Shown one piece after another: positions 1 through 9,377 of a DNA stretch of 64,000 bases. The stretch spans positions 51,799-115,798 of the forward strand of contig CAYUSB010000004.1 of NCBI GenBank assembly GCA_964447205.1, written 5' to 3'. This stretch comes from an uncultured Myxococcaceae bacterium. Its GTDB lineage: Bacteria > Myxococcota_A > Polyangia > Polyangiales > Ga0077539. The number at the start of each line of letters is the position of its first letter. The stretch's first letter is position 1. The notes beneath the pieces are model-generated. The model was not told where the DNA came from. It did no database searches and worked only from the letters and a program-made list of their open reading frames with translations. A program made the position numbers and the translations under genes.

Positions 1-1401
1 GGCAGCAGCCCCCGTTGGTGCTGGTGACGGTGTAGTTCCACACGGCCGAGGACGACGAGAAGGTCGAGGCGCAGATCGTGGCGGTCCCGGTGGTCGTGGC
101 GGTGCAGGTGCACTGTGCCCCGAGGCTGCAGAAGTCGTCGTTGCGGCAGCTGCACGCCCCCGCCACCACCACGTACGGGTCGCCGCTGTAGGCCCCGCAG
201 GTCGAGATCGTGTAGGTGCGCCCGGCCACCACCGGGAAGGTGTACGTCCGCAGGCAGCGGCTGCCGCTCAGGCCGCTGCTCCCGCTCCCGCTGAAGCCCG
301 TGTTGCAGGTGGTGATCGAGCACTGGCACGCCCCGCCCACGCAGGTGGCCGAGGTCCCGCATGCGTTGCCGCAGCTCCCGCAGTGGTTGCGGTCGGTGCT
401 CGTCGACACGCACGACCCGCCGCAGAGGGCCTGTCCGGGCGGGCATCCGCAGCGCCCCGCCGTGCAGTCGATGCCCGGGGCGCAGGCGTTCCCGCACATC
501 CCGCAATGGGTGCGGTCGGTGGCGAGGTCGAAGCAGCCCAGGGTGCAGGCCGTCTGTCCCGGGGGGCACCCGCACAGTCCCGCGGAGCACACCTGTCCGG
601 ACGGGCAGGCCCGGTCGCAGCCCCCGCAGTGGGCCGAGCTGGTGGCGGTGTCGACGCATTGCCCGAGGCAGAGAGTGCCGTTGTTGGGGCACCCGCAGAC
701 CCCGGCGTTGCAGCCCTCCCCGGGCATACACGCCTGCCCGCAGGCCCCGCAGTGGGCGGTGTCGGACTGGAGGTTGAAGCAGAGCGAGGCGCCCCCGACC
801 TGACAGAAGCTCTGTCCCGTGGGGCAGGGCAGGGTGCAGACCCCCCCCACGCAGGTGAGGCCCGGGCCGCAGGCGTCGCCGCAGGCCCCGCAGTTTTCGT
901 CGTCGATCTGGAGGTCGACGCAGCGGCCCGGGAGCGTCCCGCAGCGGCTCAAGCTGCCCGCGCAGGGGGTCACGCAGCGGCCCCCGTCGCAGACCGTCCC
1001 GGTGGGGCAGGCCACGTCGCAGGCTCCGCAGTGGGCGGGGCTGGTCTGGGTGTCGACGCAGGCTCCGCCGCAGAGGGTCTCGGCGGGGGTGCACATCGGG
1101 CCCGTGTCGGCGGGGGCTGCGTCCTCGGGGGGCGCGTCTTCGAGGGCTGCGTCTTCGAGGGCCGCGTCTTCGACGGCCGCGTCTTCGGGGGCCGCGTCTT
1201 CGAGGCCCGCGTCTTCGAGGGCCGCGTCCTTGTCGGCGTCGAGGGCCGGGGTGTCGTCGAGGGGCGAGACATCGGCCGAGGCGTCGTCGAAGGGGTCGTC
1301 GGTGCCCGTGTTGCGTCCGCGGGCGCAGGCCGCGAGGTAGAGGCCCAAGGCCGCCACGAGGATGATGCTGCTCCGACTCTGCCCGGCGACTCGACCCATC
1401 G
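1..1401 (-). CDS. Cys-rich repeat lipoprotein (myxobacterial 'CGxCGxxC' disulfide-repeat family), 5'-complete, runs off window start
   Basis: Reverse complement from the ATG at 1401-1399 translates to MGRVAGQSRSSIILVAALGLYLAACARG..., a signal peptide with a lipobox. It is followed by (EDAAL)n acidic pentapeptide repeats encoded by 15-bp tandem repeats at ~1125-1245. Then come at least 8 repeats of C-x-x-C-V-D-x-Q-x-D-x-x-H-C-G-x-C-G-x-x-C-x-x-G-x-x-C. No stop before position 1, so the 3' end lies outside the window. The listed plus-strand ORFs 216-803, 383-1660 and 819-1340 are its antisense shadows. Confidence 0.6.
1125..1245. repeat. 15-bp tandem repeat (~8 units) encoding acidic pentapeptide (E/L)DAA(L/V) repeats on the minus strand
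   Basis: GCGTCTTCGAGGGC(C/T) units repeated head-to-tail, inside the Cys-rich lipoprotein gene. Confidence 0.7.
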
Positions 1402-1508
1402 TGCGACCTCCGCGGCCGAGTGTGCACGTTTCCGCGGCCTTCTGCGAGGGCCGAGCGGGGTGCGGGGCGAAGGCGGCCCGGAGGGCGCGGCGGAGCTCCA
1501 GGAGTCTT

Positions 1509-2387
1509 CTACCCGAAGGTCCCGCGGTAGCTGGCGAGCCGCGCGACCCGGGGCGCCATCCGGGCGACGAGGTCGGCCTGGGCGTCCGTCGACATCGGCG
1601 GGGCCTCGGCCGCCTGGGCCAGGGCCCGAACCTCCTCGGGGCTGCTGCACCCCACGATGACCACGTCGACGGGCTGGGCGAGGGCGTAGGCCAGGAGGGC
1701 CTCGGGGGAGTACCCCTCGCGCACGAGCCTGCCGGCCCCGACCGCTCCCGGGCTCCCGGAGCCGCCCAGGACCTTCATGCCGATCACCCCGAGCCCGCGG
1801 GCCCGGGCCGCCTGGAGGGTGTCGGTGAGGAAGCCCCCGAGGGCCCCCTCCATGGGGTTGGCCGGCAGGAGCACGGTGTCGAGGGGCCAGCGCCGGATGG
1901 CCTCGGTCAACACGGCCGGGTCGTGGTGTCCGGTCACCCCGATGTGCCGCACGCGGCCCTCCCGCTTCGCCTCCAGGAAGGCCTCGAGGGCTCCTCCAGG
2001 GGCCTCGATCGCGTCGAGCTCGGACATCGCGCGCAGGTCGTGAATCTGCCACAGGTCGAGGTGGTCGGTCTTGAGCCGGGCGAGGGTCTCGGTGAGCTGT
2101 CGACGGGCGGGGGCAGCGGCCCGCTCGGCCGATTTGCTCGTGAGGAAGACCCGGTCTCGATCGGCGGGGCGTTGGCTCCAGACCCCGCCGTGGTACCGCT
2201 CGGAGTCGTCGTAGGCCCGGGCGGAGTCGAAGTAGGTGATCCCCGCGTCGAGGGCTTCTTCGATCACGGCGTGGGCCTCCGCGGTGCGGCCTCGGGTGCG
2301 CAAGACCCCTTCGCCCCCGAGTCCGACCCGGGTCACGAGGGGGCCGGTGGGGCCGAGGGGGATGCGGGGCAATGAGGTAGGGGGCAC
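1509..2387 (-). CDS. aldo/keto reductase family oxidoreductase
   Basis: 292 aa ORF. AKR fold signatures: ...GITYFDSARAYDDSE..., ...HLDLWQIHD..., IGVTGHH, and a C-terminal LAYAL.QP..VVIVGCSSPEEV typical of AKR11/AKR13-like enzymes. Confidence 0.85.
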   Translation of the reverse strand: MPPTSLPRIPLGPTGPLVTRVGLGGEGVLRTRGRTAEAHAVIEEALDAGITYFDSARAYDDSERYHGGVWSQRPADRDRVFLTSKSAERAAAPARRQLTETLARLKTDHLDLWQIHDLRAMSELDAIEAPGGALEAFLEAKREGRVRHIGVTGHHDPAVLTEAIRRWPLDTVLLPANPMEGALGGFLTDTLQAARARGLGVIGMKVLGGSGSPGAVGAGRLVREGYSPEALLAYALAQPVDVVIVGCSSPEEVRALAQAAEAPPMSTDAQADLVARMAPRVARLASYRGTFG

Positions 2388-2470
2388 GGGCGATCCTCCG
2401 GCACGGGAAACTGAGGGGGTGGAGAGGGACCGTAATCATCCCCGCCCCGGGTCGCCACGGCGTCGGGCCG

Positions 2471-3691
2471 TCACCCTCCCCGGGCCCGGCGGGCCGCGCT
2501 GGCCAGGGCCCGAACCTCGGCCGCCTCGTCGCCCGCGGCCACCGCGTCGAGGGCGAAGCGCACCTGCGGGGTCGCGGCCGTCTCGGCGGCCTGGGCCATC
2601 CGGGCGCACCCCTGGGCGTCGAGCCCGGGGCCGAGGGCCACCGCGGCGGCCACCCGGAGCTCGGCCTCGGCAGCGGGGGACTCGACCGCGTCCCAGAGGT
2701 CTTCGACCCGGAGGCCCGCGGTGCGGTAGTGCTGGGGGGCGGGGGCTCCGAGGGCCTGGAGGTCGGCGCGCCACGCGGCGAGGTCGCGGTCGTGGCGGCG
2801 CAGGGGGGTCACGTCGGCCGGGGACTGTCGGGTCGCGGCCACAGCCCGGGCCTCTTCGATGCGGGCCCCGAGGGCCTCGGCCCAGGTCCGTCGGGAGCGC
2901 GCGGGGTCGAAGCCCTCGGCCACCGGACCCGCAGCCCAACGGGTCCCGATCCACAGGGGAGGCTCCGCGGCCTGGTCGATCCAGAGCCCCCCGTCGTCGA
3001 CCCGCACGGCCGTGATGGCCCCGAGGGGGATCGTGCGTCGGCGCCACCACCAGCGCAGGTCCAGGGCGTCGAGGCCCACGGTCACCTGCTGGGGAAAGCC
3101 CACGACGATCAGGCCGACCGCACATAGCAGGACGGCCCCGAGGGCCGCAAAGACCCCGAAGAGCGGCCACCACACCTCAGCCACGGCCCCAGCGCCGAGG
3201 ACGAGTCCGGCCAACACCGCGCCGCGGTGTAGGGCCGTCGCGTCGGTGGGGAAGGCCATGACCCGCTGGGAGGCCCCGAGCCCCAGGGCGTGCAGGAGGG
3301 CGACCCCTTCGGCGGGCCCCGACACGGCGAGGCGTACGGCGTGGAGCTGACGGTGGTGCAGCATCACCTCCGTGTCGCCGCTCTGGGTGACCACGAACCC
3401 CCGCACGAGGTCGTGCGACGCGAAGGCCAGTCGGTCGCCGATGGAGAGCCCCGCGGGCGAGGCGGAGACGGGCGACGCGGCCGCGGGCCACTGCCGCCTG
3501 CGCCACGCCAGAAACCCCGCCAGGACCCCGCTCGCGGCCAGGATCCCGAGGCCCGCCGCGACCTGCCCGAGGACCAGGGTCAGGGCCGCGAAGATCCACA
3601 GGACGGTCAGGACGACCCGCTGGCTGAGGGAGATCGTCGGGGGCGTGAGGAGCCGGGCTCCGGGCAGGGGGGTCACGACCACGGGGGACAT
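2471..3691 (-). CDS. membrane protein with bacterial PH-like (YdbS/YdbT-type) domains, hypothetical
   Basis: Start ATG at 3691-3689 (MSPVVVTPLPG...). The N-terminal part of track ORF 2471..4540 is antisense to the GNAT gene and rejected. Two hydrophobic hairpins flank soluble segments (…VVLTVLWIFAALTLVLGQVAAGLGILAASGVLAGFLAWRRR… and …WPLFGVFAALGAVLLCAVGLIVVGF…), which is the typical bPH_2 topology. Confidence 0.45.
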   Translation of the reverse strand: MSPVVVTPLPGARLLTPPTISLSQRVVLTVLWIFAALTLVLGQVAAGLGILAASGVLAGFLAWRRRQWPAAASPVSASPAGLSIGDRLAFASHDLVRGFVVTQSGDTEVMLHHRQLHAVRLAVSGPAEGVALLHALGLGASQRVMAFPTDATALHRGAVLAGLVLGAGAVAEVWWPLFGVFAALGAVLLCAVGLIVVGFPQQVTVGLDALDLRWWWRRRTIPLGAITAVRVDDGGLWIDQAAEPPLWIGTRWAAGPVAEGFDPARSRRTWAEALGARIEEARAVAATRQSPADVTPLRRHDRDLAAWRADLQALGAPAPQHYRTAGLRVEDLWDAVESPAAEAELRVAAAVALGPGLDAQGCARMAQAAETAATPQVRFALDAVAAGDEAAEVRALASAARRARGG

Positions 3692-3762
3692 CGACCCCGC
3701 GGAGTCTACTCCCGTCTTGCGCCCGACGGCCCACCCGCGCCACCCTTCGGTCCACCTCCCCG

Positions 3763-4212
3763 ATGCGCTTCGAGCACCTCCCCTTCCATGCCCTGTCGTG
3801 CGACACCCTGTACGCCGTGATGGCCTTGCGGCAGCGGGTCTTCGTGGTCGAACAACGATGCCCCTACCTCGACGCCGACGGGGCCGACCCGCGGGCCACC
3901 CACCTCCTCGGGTACGACGCGGATGATGCCCTGGTGGCCTACGCCCGGCTCTTCGCGGCGGGCGAGAAGGTTGCGGGGGCCTGCGCCCTGGGGCGGGTCG
4001 TGACGGCCCCCGAGGTGCGGGGGACGGGGGTAGGGCGGCTCCTGGTGGCCGAGGCCCTGCGCTGCCTCGACGCGGCCTGGCCCCCCCGGGCCCGGGTGGT
4101 GATCTCGGCCCAGTCTCACCTCCAGCGTTTCTATGGCGACTTCGGCTTCGTCGGGGTGGGGGACGCGTACCTCGAGGACGACATCCCGCACCGCGAGATG
4201 GTGCGGGCGTGA
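3763..4212 (+). CDS. GNAT family N-acetyltransferase (ElaA-like)
   Basis: 149 aa. Acetyl-CoA binding motif A in ...RVVTAPEVRGTGVGRLLVAEAL... (R/Q-x-x-G-x-G/A). Overall ElaA-like order. The stop overlaps the next start (ATGA at 4209-4212). Confidence 0.8.
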   Translation: MRFEHLPFHALSCDTLYAVMALRQRVFVVEQRCPYLDADGADPRATHLLGYDADDALVAYARLFAAGEKVAGACALGRVVTAPEVRGTGVGRLLVAEALRCLDAAWPPRARVVISAQSHLQRFYGDFGFVGVGDAYLEDDIPHREMVRA

Positions 4213-4613
4213 GGGCCGAGGCGGGGGTTCTGATCGCCCGGGGTCTCGCGGCCTCGGCGGGGGTGGCCGAGGGGGTCTTGGCGATGTCGGCCGCCGACGC
4301 CCTCGGGCGGGTGGCCCAGGGGCAGCGGGTGGTCCTCGTGTTGCGCGACTTCGACCCCGAGGACGCCCCGGCGGTGCGGGCCTGTGTGGCCCTGGTGACC
4401 GCGGTGGGCGGACTCACCAGCGACGGGGCCATCGTGGCCCGGGTCCTGGGCATCCCCTGCGTGACGGGCTGCGGGGGGCTCGCTCCGACGGCCTCGGGCG
4501 AGGCCCTCCTGGCCCAGGGGGAGGGCCCGACGTTGACCATCCCCGCCGGGGCCCGGCTGCGGGTCGACGGGGCCGCGGGGCGGGTCGAGCACCTGCCCGA
4601 GGGCGATCAGTAG
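4209..4613 (+). CDS. stand-alone PEP-utilising enzyme mobile (phosphohistidine) domain protein, His->Asp variant
   Basis: 134 aa. ...VVLVLRDFDPEDAPAV..VALVTAVGGLTSDGAIVARVLGIPCVTGCG... matches the PF00391 core (GG.TSHAAI.ARE.GIP.VVG), but the phospho-accepting His is Asp (TSDGAIV). ATGA start/stop overlap with the GNAT gene. Confidence 0.65.
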   Translation: MRAEAGVLIARGLAASAGVAEGVLAMSAADALGRVAQGQRVVLVLRDFDPEDAPAVRACVALVTAVGGLTSDGAIVARVLGIPCVTGCGGLAPTASGEALLAQGEGPTLTIPAGARLRVDGAAGRVEHLPEGDQ

Positions 4614-5725
4614 ATCGACAGGGCCGTGCTGACCTCAGGCACGACCGTGGTCCCGATGTCGTTGAAGCGCATCCAGGCGACCCCGGCACGCACCTGCAAC
4701 GACATCCGCGTGGTCACCGGGAGCTCGCCGAGAAACCCGGCCCGGGCGAAGTTGCCGAGGATGTCGCGGGTCACGGTCCCGCCCGTGCGTCCAAAGACCC
4801 AGCCCCCGCCGACGTAGGCCCCGGCGTAGAGGGTGGGCATCACCCGCACCTCGGGCCCGATGGAGGCCACCAGGGCGCTGCGGGCCAGGACATCGACGGC
4901 GGCCCCGACCCCCAGATACTGGAGCGGGAAGTACCCGAGGAAGGTGTGTCCCCCGAACGAGGCTCTGGGGTTTTCGACCCCGTCGGAGGGCAGCCAGGCC
5001 CCCCCGACGCCCGCCGTGAGGTTGAGCCCCACCCGGTTGAGGGGGGCCCGGCCGATGCGGGCGTAGCGGTCGCCGGGGCCCTCGTAAATCCGTGCGCTGT
5101 GGGCGCTCAGGGCGTGCTCGGGGGTCAGAAGATGCAACGGCATGGCGAGGGTCTGGCCGTCTTGTTCGAGGAAGAGCTCCTCGTTGGGGTTGACCGCCAC
5201 CCAGCCGTCGTAGCGGGCCCCCTCGGAGCCCGCGAGCACGAAGACGATCACCGCCCCGGCCACCACCGCGGCCACGAGGATGGCCGCCCCCGCGCTGCCT
5301 GACCCGCCGCCGCCGCCGCCCCCGCCGCCCCCGCCGCCGCTGCGGCCGGAGCTGCCGCCCCCTCCGCCCGAGCGTCCGAGGTTGAGCCCGCCTCCGCCGA
5401 GTCCCCCGCCGAGTCCCCCGGTGCGGCCCCGGCTCGAGGCCAGCCGAGGCGGGGTGAGCCGCCAGCGGCCGCCGGAGGAGAAGCCGACAGGCTCCTGGAG
5501 CACGGTGTAGGCGGGGTAGAAGGTCACCCCGCGGGCGGGAGGGGCGTCGGACCCGCCGAGGCTCTGGGTGGCGCGAACGGCCTGCCAGCGGGCCTCGGGC
5601 GGGAGCTGGGACAGACGCAGGAGCTCGGATTGCGAGACGGTGTAGCTCCGCGACAGGCAGCCCCCCATGCTCAGGGTCAGGGGGATCGCCGCCGCTGCCA
5701 CCCATCGCCGCCATGTTTCCCGCAT
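4607..5725 (-). CDS. Gly-rich lipoprotein, hypothetical
   Basis: 372 aa. N-terminus MRETWRRWVAAAAIPLTLSMGGC has a lipobox. A long poly-Gly/Ser tract (GGGGSSGRSGGGGGGGGGGGGSGS) is encoded by the (CCG)n-rich stretch at 5280-5400. It is followed by a TM-like segment and a Gly/Ala-rich C-terminal domain. Confidence 0.5.
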   Translation of the reverse strand: MRETWRRWVAAAAIPLTLSMGGCLSRSYTVSQSELLRLSQLPPEARWQAVRATQSLGGSDAPPARGVTFYPAYTVLQEPVGFSSGGRWRLTPPRLASSRGRTGGLGGGLGGGGLNLGRSGGGGGSSGRSGGGGGGGGGGGGSGSAGAAILVAAVVAGAVIVFVLAGSEGARYDGWVAVNPNEELFLEQDGQTLAMPLHLLTPEHALSAHSARIYEGPGDRYARIGRAPLNRVGLNLTAGVGGAWLPSDGVENPRASFGGHTFLGYFPLQYLGVGAAVDVLARSALVASIGPEVRVMPTLYAGAYVGGGWVFGRTGGTVTRDILGNFARAGFLGELPVTTRMSLQVRAGVAWMRFNDIGTTVVPEVSTALSIY

Positions 5726-5835
5726 GGGGCCGGAGGGTAGCGTGCGCGGGCGGTCTTCACCAGCCCGGGCGGTGTGCTAGGAAAGGCCTCGCGCGGTGGG
5801 CGTCGTGGAGACGCCCGGGTCGCGGGAACAAGCAG

Positions 5836-6481
5836 CATGAAGTTCTTCATCGATACGGCAGACCTTGAGGAGATTCGCGCCGCCGCGGCGATGGGTCTCA
5901 TCGACGGGGTCACCACCAATCCCTCCCTGGTCGCCCGCACGGGGCGCAAGTACCTCGACGTGGTCCGCGAGATCTGCGAGGTCGTCGACGGCCCCATCTC
6001 CGCCGAGGTCCTGTCCACCGACTACGACGGCATGATGCGGGAGGCCCACGACTGGGCCAGGGTTCACACCAACGTGGTGGTGAAGCTCCCCCTGACCCTC
6101 GACGGGCTCCGGGCCACCCGCACCTGCACCAAGGAGGGCATCCGGGTCAACGTCACCCTGTGCTTCTCCGCCAATCAGGCCCTCCTCGCGGCCAAGGCCG
6201 GGGCCACCTACATCTCGCCCTTCGTCGGCCGCCTTGACGACATCTCCGAGGTGGGGATGGCCCTCATCGAGGACATCGTCGCCGTCTACGGCAACTACCG
6301 CTTCGGCACCGAGATCCTGGTGGCCAGCGTGCGCCACCCCGTCCACGTCCACCAGGCCGCCCTCCTCGGGGCCCACGTGTGCACGATCCCCTACAAGGTC
6401 ATCGCCCAACTGGCCCAGCATCCCCTCACCGACGCGGGCCTCGCGAAGTTCGTCGAGGACGCCAAGAAGATCCCGCGGTAG
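5836..6481 (+). CDS. tal: transaldolase / fructose-6-phosphate aldolase (short Tal/FsaA subfamily)
   Basis: Start at internal ATG 5836 ([14 protein letters not shown]...). Class I aldolase TIM-barrel; the Schiff-base lysine sits in ...NVVVKLPLT.... 215 aa, typical of archaeal/bacterial short transaldolases. Confidence 0.9.
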
Positions 6482-6485
6482 CCGC

Positions 6486-7046
6486 TCAGGGCGGGGGCGG
6501 CGGGGCCGTGGGCTCGGGCCTCCCGACGAAATCCCGGACCTCCTCCCACACCCACCGCACCCCCAGGGACACGTGGGCCTCGACCCCCGCGGGGCCCTCC
6601 TGGACGACCCCGCGGAGCTCGGGGCCGAGCAGGGCGGTCGCCACCCGCCGCCCCGGGTCGTCGTCGCGGGAGATCCGCCACAGCCACCCCAGGTGGGCCC
6701 CGCCCCCCCACGCTACAGGGCCCTCCAGGGCCGACTCCACGGTGGCCCCGACCCCGAACACCAAGGCCCCGCGGCGGCGGTGTACGAGCCCCTCCGGCCC
6801 GAGGGAGGCCGCGAGGGAGAGGCGTCCGTGTTGGGCTCCGAGGGCCCCGCGGGCGCTGAGGGCGTAGGCCGACCAGTGGGTGGTCTCGCCCAGGCCGAGG
6901 CCCGCCCGAACGGCCGCCTGGGGGCGCAGGGAGCCCTGCCCGTCGAGGCCGAGGGCGGCGTCGGCCCCGAGGCTGTGGGCGCATCCGGCCCCGGCGAGGG
7001 CGAGCCAGAGGGGGAGGCCACCGAGGGCGAAGCCGGTGCGTGTCAG
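6486..7046 (-). CDS. hypothetical secreted/lipoprotein (start uncertain)
   Basis: Track ORF 6486..7223. Only the part from ...LTRTGFALGGLPLWLALAGAGCAHS (signal with lipobox) onward looks protein-like; the upstream part is PR-rich low complexity. I found no clean ATG/GTG, so a CTG/other start is likely. Confidence 0.3.
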   Translation of the reverse strand: MTRTGFALGGLPLWLALAGAGCAHSLGADAALGLDGQGSLRPQAAVRAGLGLGETTHWSAYALSARGALGAQHGRLSLAASLGPEGLVHRRRGALVFGVGATVESALEGPVAWGGGAHLGWLWRISRDDDPGRRVATALLGPELRGVVQEGPAGVEAHVSLGVRWVWEEVRDFVGRPEPTAPPPPP

Positions 7047-7129
7047 GGAGGGCAAGACGGAGGGACTGTATCGCGAGGGGCCCAAGGTGCTAGACCGTGA
7101 GCATGGGCGATCGAGATGGCCTTCGGAGG

Positions 7130-7561
7130 ATGGCAGGGGTGGGGGTGGTGGTCTCGGCGTCCTGGGCCCTGGGGGGCTGTCCCCACGCCTCGGGGCCTGC
7201 GGAGCCGGGGCCCATGAGCCCATCGGCCAACCCGCCGCCGCCGCACGCGATCCAGTCGGGGTCGGCGTTGCAGCCGGGGCCCCCGCAGGGGCGGCCCATC
7301 GAGGGCACTACCCAGGTCAACATGGGGGGGGCCATGGTGCCCGCGCCCCACGCGTCGGCGGAGTGCCAGACCGCGGCCGATTGTGTGCAGGCCCAGTGTT
7401 GTCACGCCACGACGTGCGTCCCGGTGGCCTCGCGCCCTGACTGCAGCGGGACGATGTGCACCCGGGAGTGCCGCCCCGGGACCCTCGACTGCGGCGAGTC
7501 TCGCTGCGCCTGCATCGGCGGCCACTGTGGGGTCCAGCGTCGAAGCGAGACCGAGCCCTGA
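7130..7561 (+). CDS. small Cys-rich lipoprotein, hypothetical
   Basis: MAGVGVVVSASWALGGC signal with lipobox. Mature part has 12 Cys in ~70 aa (…CQTAADCVQAQCCHATTCVPVASRPDCSGTMCTRECRPGTLDCGESRCACIGGHCG). Confidence 0.4.
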   Translation: MAGVGVVVSASWALGGCPHASGPAEPGPMSPSANPPPPHAIQSGSALQPGPPQGRPIEGTTQVNMGGAMVPAPHASAECQTAADCVQAQCCHATTCVPVASRPDCSGTMCTRECRPGTLDCGESRCACIGGHCGVQRRSETEP

Positions 7562-7564
7562 CGT

Positions 7565-8194
7565 TCAGGGCGCGTTGAGGAGGTCGGTGTCGAGCTCGGC
7601 CTGCACGAGGGCCACGGCCTGCCGGAGCTTGTCGAGGAAGTCGTCGGCGGGGCCCACGCAGATCCGGCGGGGGTGACCCTGCCAGGCCGCGAGGATCCGC
7701 CGGTCGATGGCCTGGGCCTCGTCGGGATGCTCGGTGCGCAAGGGGTTCTGATGGTTGTACCCGTGGGCCAGGTCGGGGGTCTGGAGGTGGATCACCAGGC
7801 CGTACCGGGCGTAGCAGGCCTCCCGGGAGACCCCGAGGTCGCTCCAAAACCCGGCCACCCCGTCGGGCCAGTAGGCGGCCCCGTCGACCACCCCCCGATC
7901 GCACAAGATCAACCTCCCCCCGGCCTCCTCCACGGCCATCTGCTCCAGGGCGTCCTGAACGTGGAAGATGGCCCGCTGGGCGGCCTTCCGCGCCCCCACT
8001 CCGACGCCTCGGGGAAACCCTCCCCCGAAGAGGATGCTCGCGGCCTCGGGCAGGACCATCACCCGCTCCCCGAGCTCGCGCCGCAGGACCTCCAGGACGG
8101 CCGTCTTGCCGGCCCCGGGGCCGCCCGTGAGGACGACCCGTCGGGGGGCGTGGGGGAGTTCGGACGGGGGGGCGGGGTCGGGGGAGGTGTGCAT
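7565..8194 (-). CDS. P-loop NTPase, AAA_28/NadR-like ATPase domain protein
   Basis: Walker A VVLTGGPGAGKTAVL and Walker B-like ...RLILCDRG.... ~210 aa, the size of AAA_28 family members. Confidence 0.7.
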   Translation of the reverse strand: MHTSPDPAPPSELPHAPRRVVLTGGPGAGKTAVLEVLRRELGERVMVLPEAASILFGGGFPRGVGVGARKAAQRAIFHVQDALEQMAVEEAGGRLILCDRGVVDGAAYWPDGVAGFWSDLGVSREACYARYGLVIHLQTPDLAHGYNHQNPLRTEHPDEAQAIDRRILAAWQGHPRRICVGPADDFLDKLRQAVALVQAELDTDLLNAP

Positions 8195-8258
8195 CCGCCC
8201 GGGGGGTACTACCGCAGATCGACGCGGCCCGGCGACGCCTTCGTGTCGGAGCGCGCGG

Positions 8259-9377
8259 TCAGCGCGGGACGTACTGGGTGCAGGCCCCGGCGTATCCGCG
8301 GCGGGTCGAGGGGATGGCGCTATTCTGCACCCAGCCGATGGTGGAGCACTGGTACCAGAGCTCGTCGAAGCGGCTCTGGAGGCAGGTCCCGACGCTCATC
8401 TGGCGGTTGAGGGTGCTGCTGTGGCAACCCGAGGGGGGGGTCGGGGTGGGGCCCGCCGTGCTCCCGAGGGGGAAGCTCTGGCCGCAGTTCTGCCGGCCCT
8501 GGTACCAGGCCCCATTGCGGCAGTTGTACCAGATCTCGTCGAAGCGGCTCTGGACGCAGGACCTCTCGGGCATCGTGCGGCCGAGGGTCTGCGAGTAGCA
8601 GGTGTCGCCGCTCGTGCCGCCTCCGGAGGAGGTGGTGTTGGTGGGGGCCTGCGAGCCGGCGGCCCGCTCCCAGTGCCAGGCCTCGCTCGGAACGGTGCGG
8701 CGGAAGCCGTACCGCGCGGCGTTGCGGTTGAGCCAGGCGAGGGCCCCTCCGCCCGTCCCGATGTCGAGGGCGAGGCCCGACTGGTGGTTGCTGAACCCCG
8801 GGCGGGCGGCGAGGTTGCCGCGGCCCGAGAGGTAGAGGTTGTAGAGGTACCGCTGCTGGTCCATCGTGCGGAAGCCTGAGTTGAGCACGAGCCAGACGGC
8901 CTCGCGGGCGGCGTGGGCCTTCATGGCCTGGTAGGCCCGGGCCGTGTTGACCTCGGCGAGCTTGCCGTCGACGTTGACCACGCAGATGCGGGTGGGGTTG
9001 CCCCGGGAGTAGCCCTGGGCAGGGCTGCACGCGGTGCTGGCTTCGATGAAGGTGCTGTACGCGTCCCCGTCGGCCCCTCCGGCCTGGTCGAGGCGCGGGG
9101 CGAGGGCGGCGAGGTCGCCGTCGGTCTCGGGGGTGGGCTCGAAGTGGTCTTGACCGGTGTCTTCGACCCCCGCGGCCTGCTCGGCTTCGGTGATGGGGGT
9201 GTCGGGGATGGGAGCCCCCCCGGCCCCCTGGGCGGGCCCTGCCGGGACCTCGTCGACCGGGGCACAGCCCACCACCACGAGGGCCACCCCCAGAAGCCCG
9301 ACGGTGATCGCCCGGGACGAAGCCGTACGGGGAAGCAGGACGCGGGAGGAAAGGTCGGGGCTCAAGCGCTCGATCAC
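8259..9377 (-). CDS. D-alanyl-D-alanine carboxypeptidase (peptidase M15B/VanY-like) lipoprotein with two C-terminal Cys-containing repeats
   Basis: GTG start at 9377-9375, with AGAGG 7 nt upstream. Signal SRAITVGLLGVALVVVGC (lipobox). M15B motifs LNSGFRTMDQQRYLY...SNHQSGLALDI (Zn-ligand H and D). The C-terminus has two ~45-aa repeats: CYSQTLGRTMPERSCVQSRFDEIWYNC.NGAWYQGRQNC and CHSSTLNRQMSVGTCLQSRFDELWYQCSTIGWVQNSA. Confidence 0.7.
   Translation of the reverse strand: MIERLSPDLSSRVLLPRTASSRAITVGLLGVALVVVGCAPVDEVPAGPAQGAGGAPIPDTPITEAEQAAGVEDTGQDHFEPTPETDGDLAALAPRLDQAGGADGDAYSTFIEASTACSPAQGYSRGNPTRICVVNVDGKLAEVNTARAYQAMKAHAAREAVWLVLNSGFRTMDQQRYLYNLYLSGRGNLAARPGFSNHQSGLALDIGTGGGALAWLNRNAARYGFRRTVPSEAWHWERAAGSQAPTNTTSSGGGTSGDTCYSQTLGRTMPERSCVQSRFDEIWYNCRNGAWYQGRQNCGQSFPLGSTAGPTPTPPSGCHSSTLNRQMSVGTCLQSRFDELWYQCSTIGWVQNSAIPSTRRGYAGACTQYVPR

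Noticed and set aside
970-2439. 489-aa minus ORF and the overlapping plus ORFs 216-803, 383-1660, 1362-2375
   Set aside because: These are shadow frames of the Cys-rich repeat gene (1-1401 -) and the AKR gene (1509-2387 -). Their translations are low-complexity and Arg/Pro/Gly-dominated.
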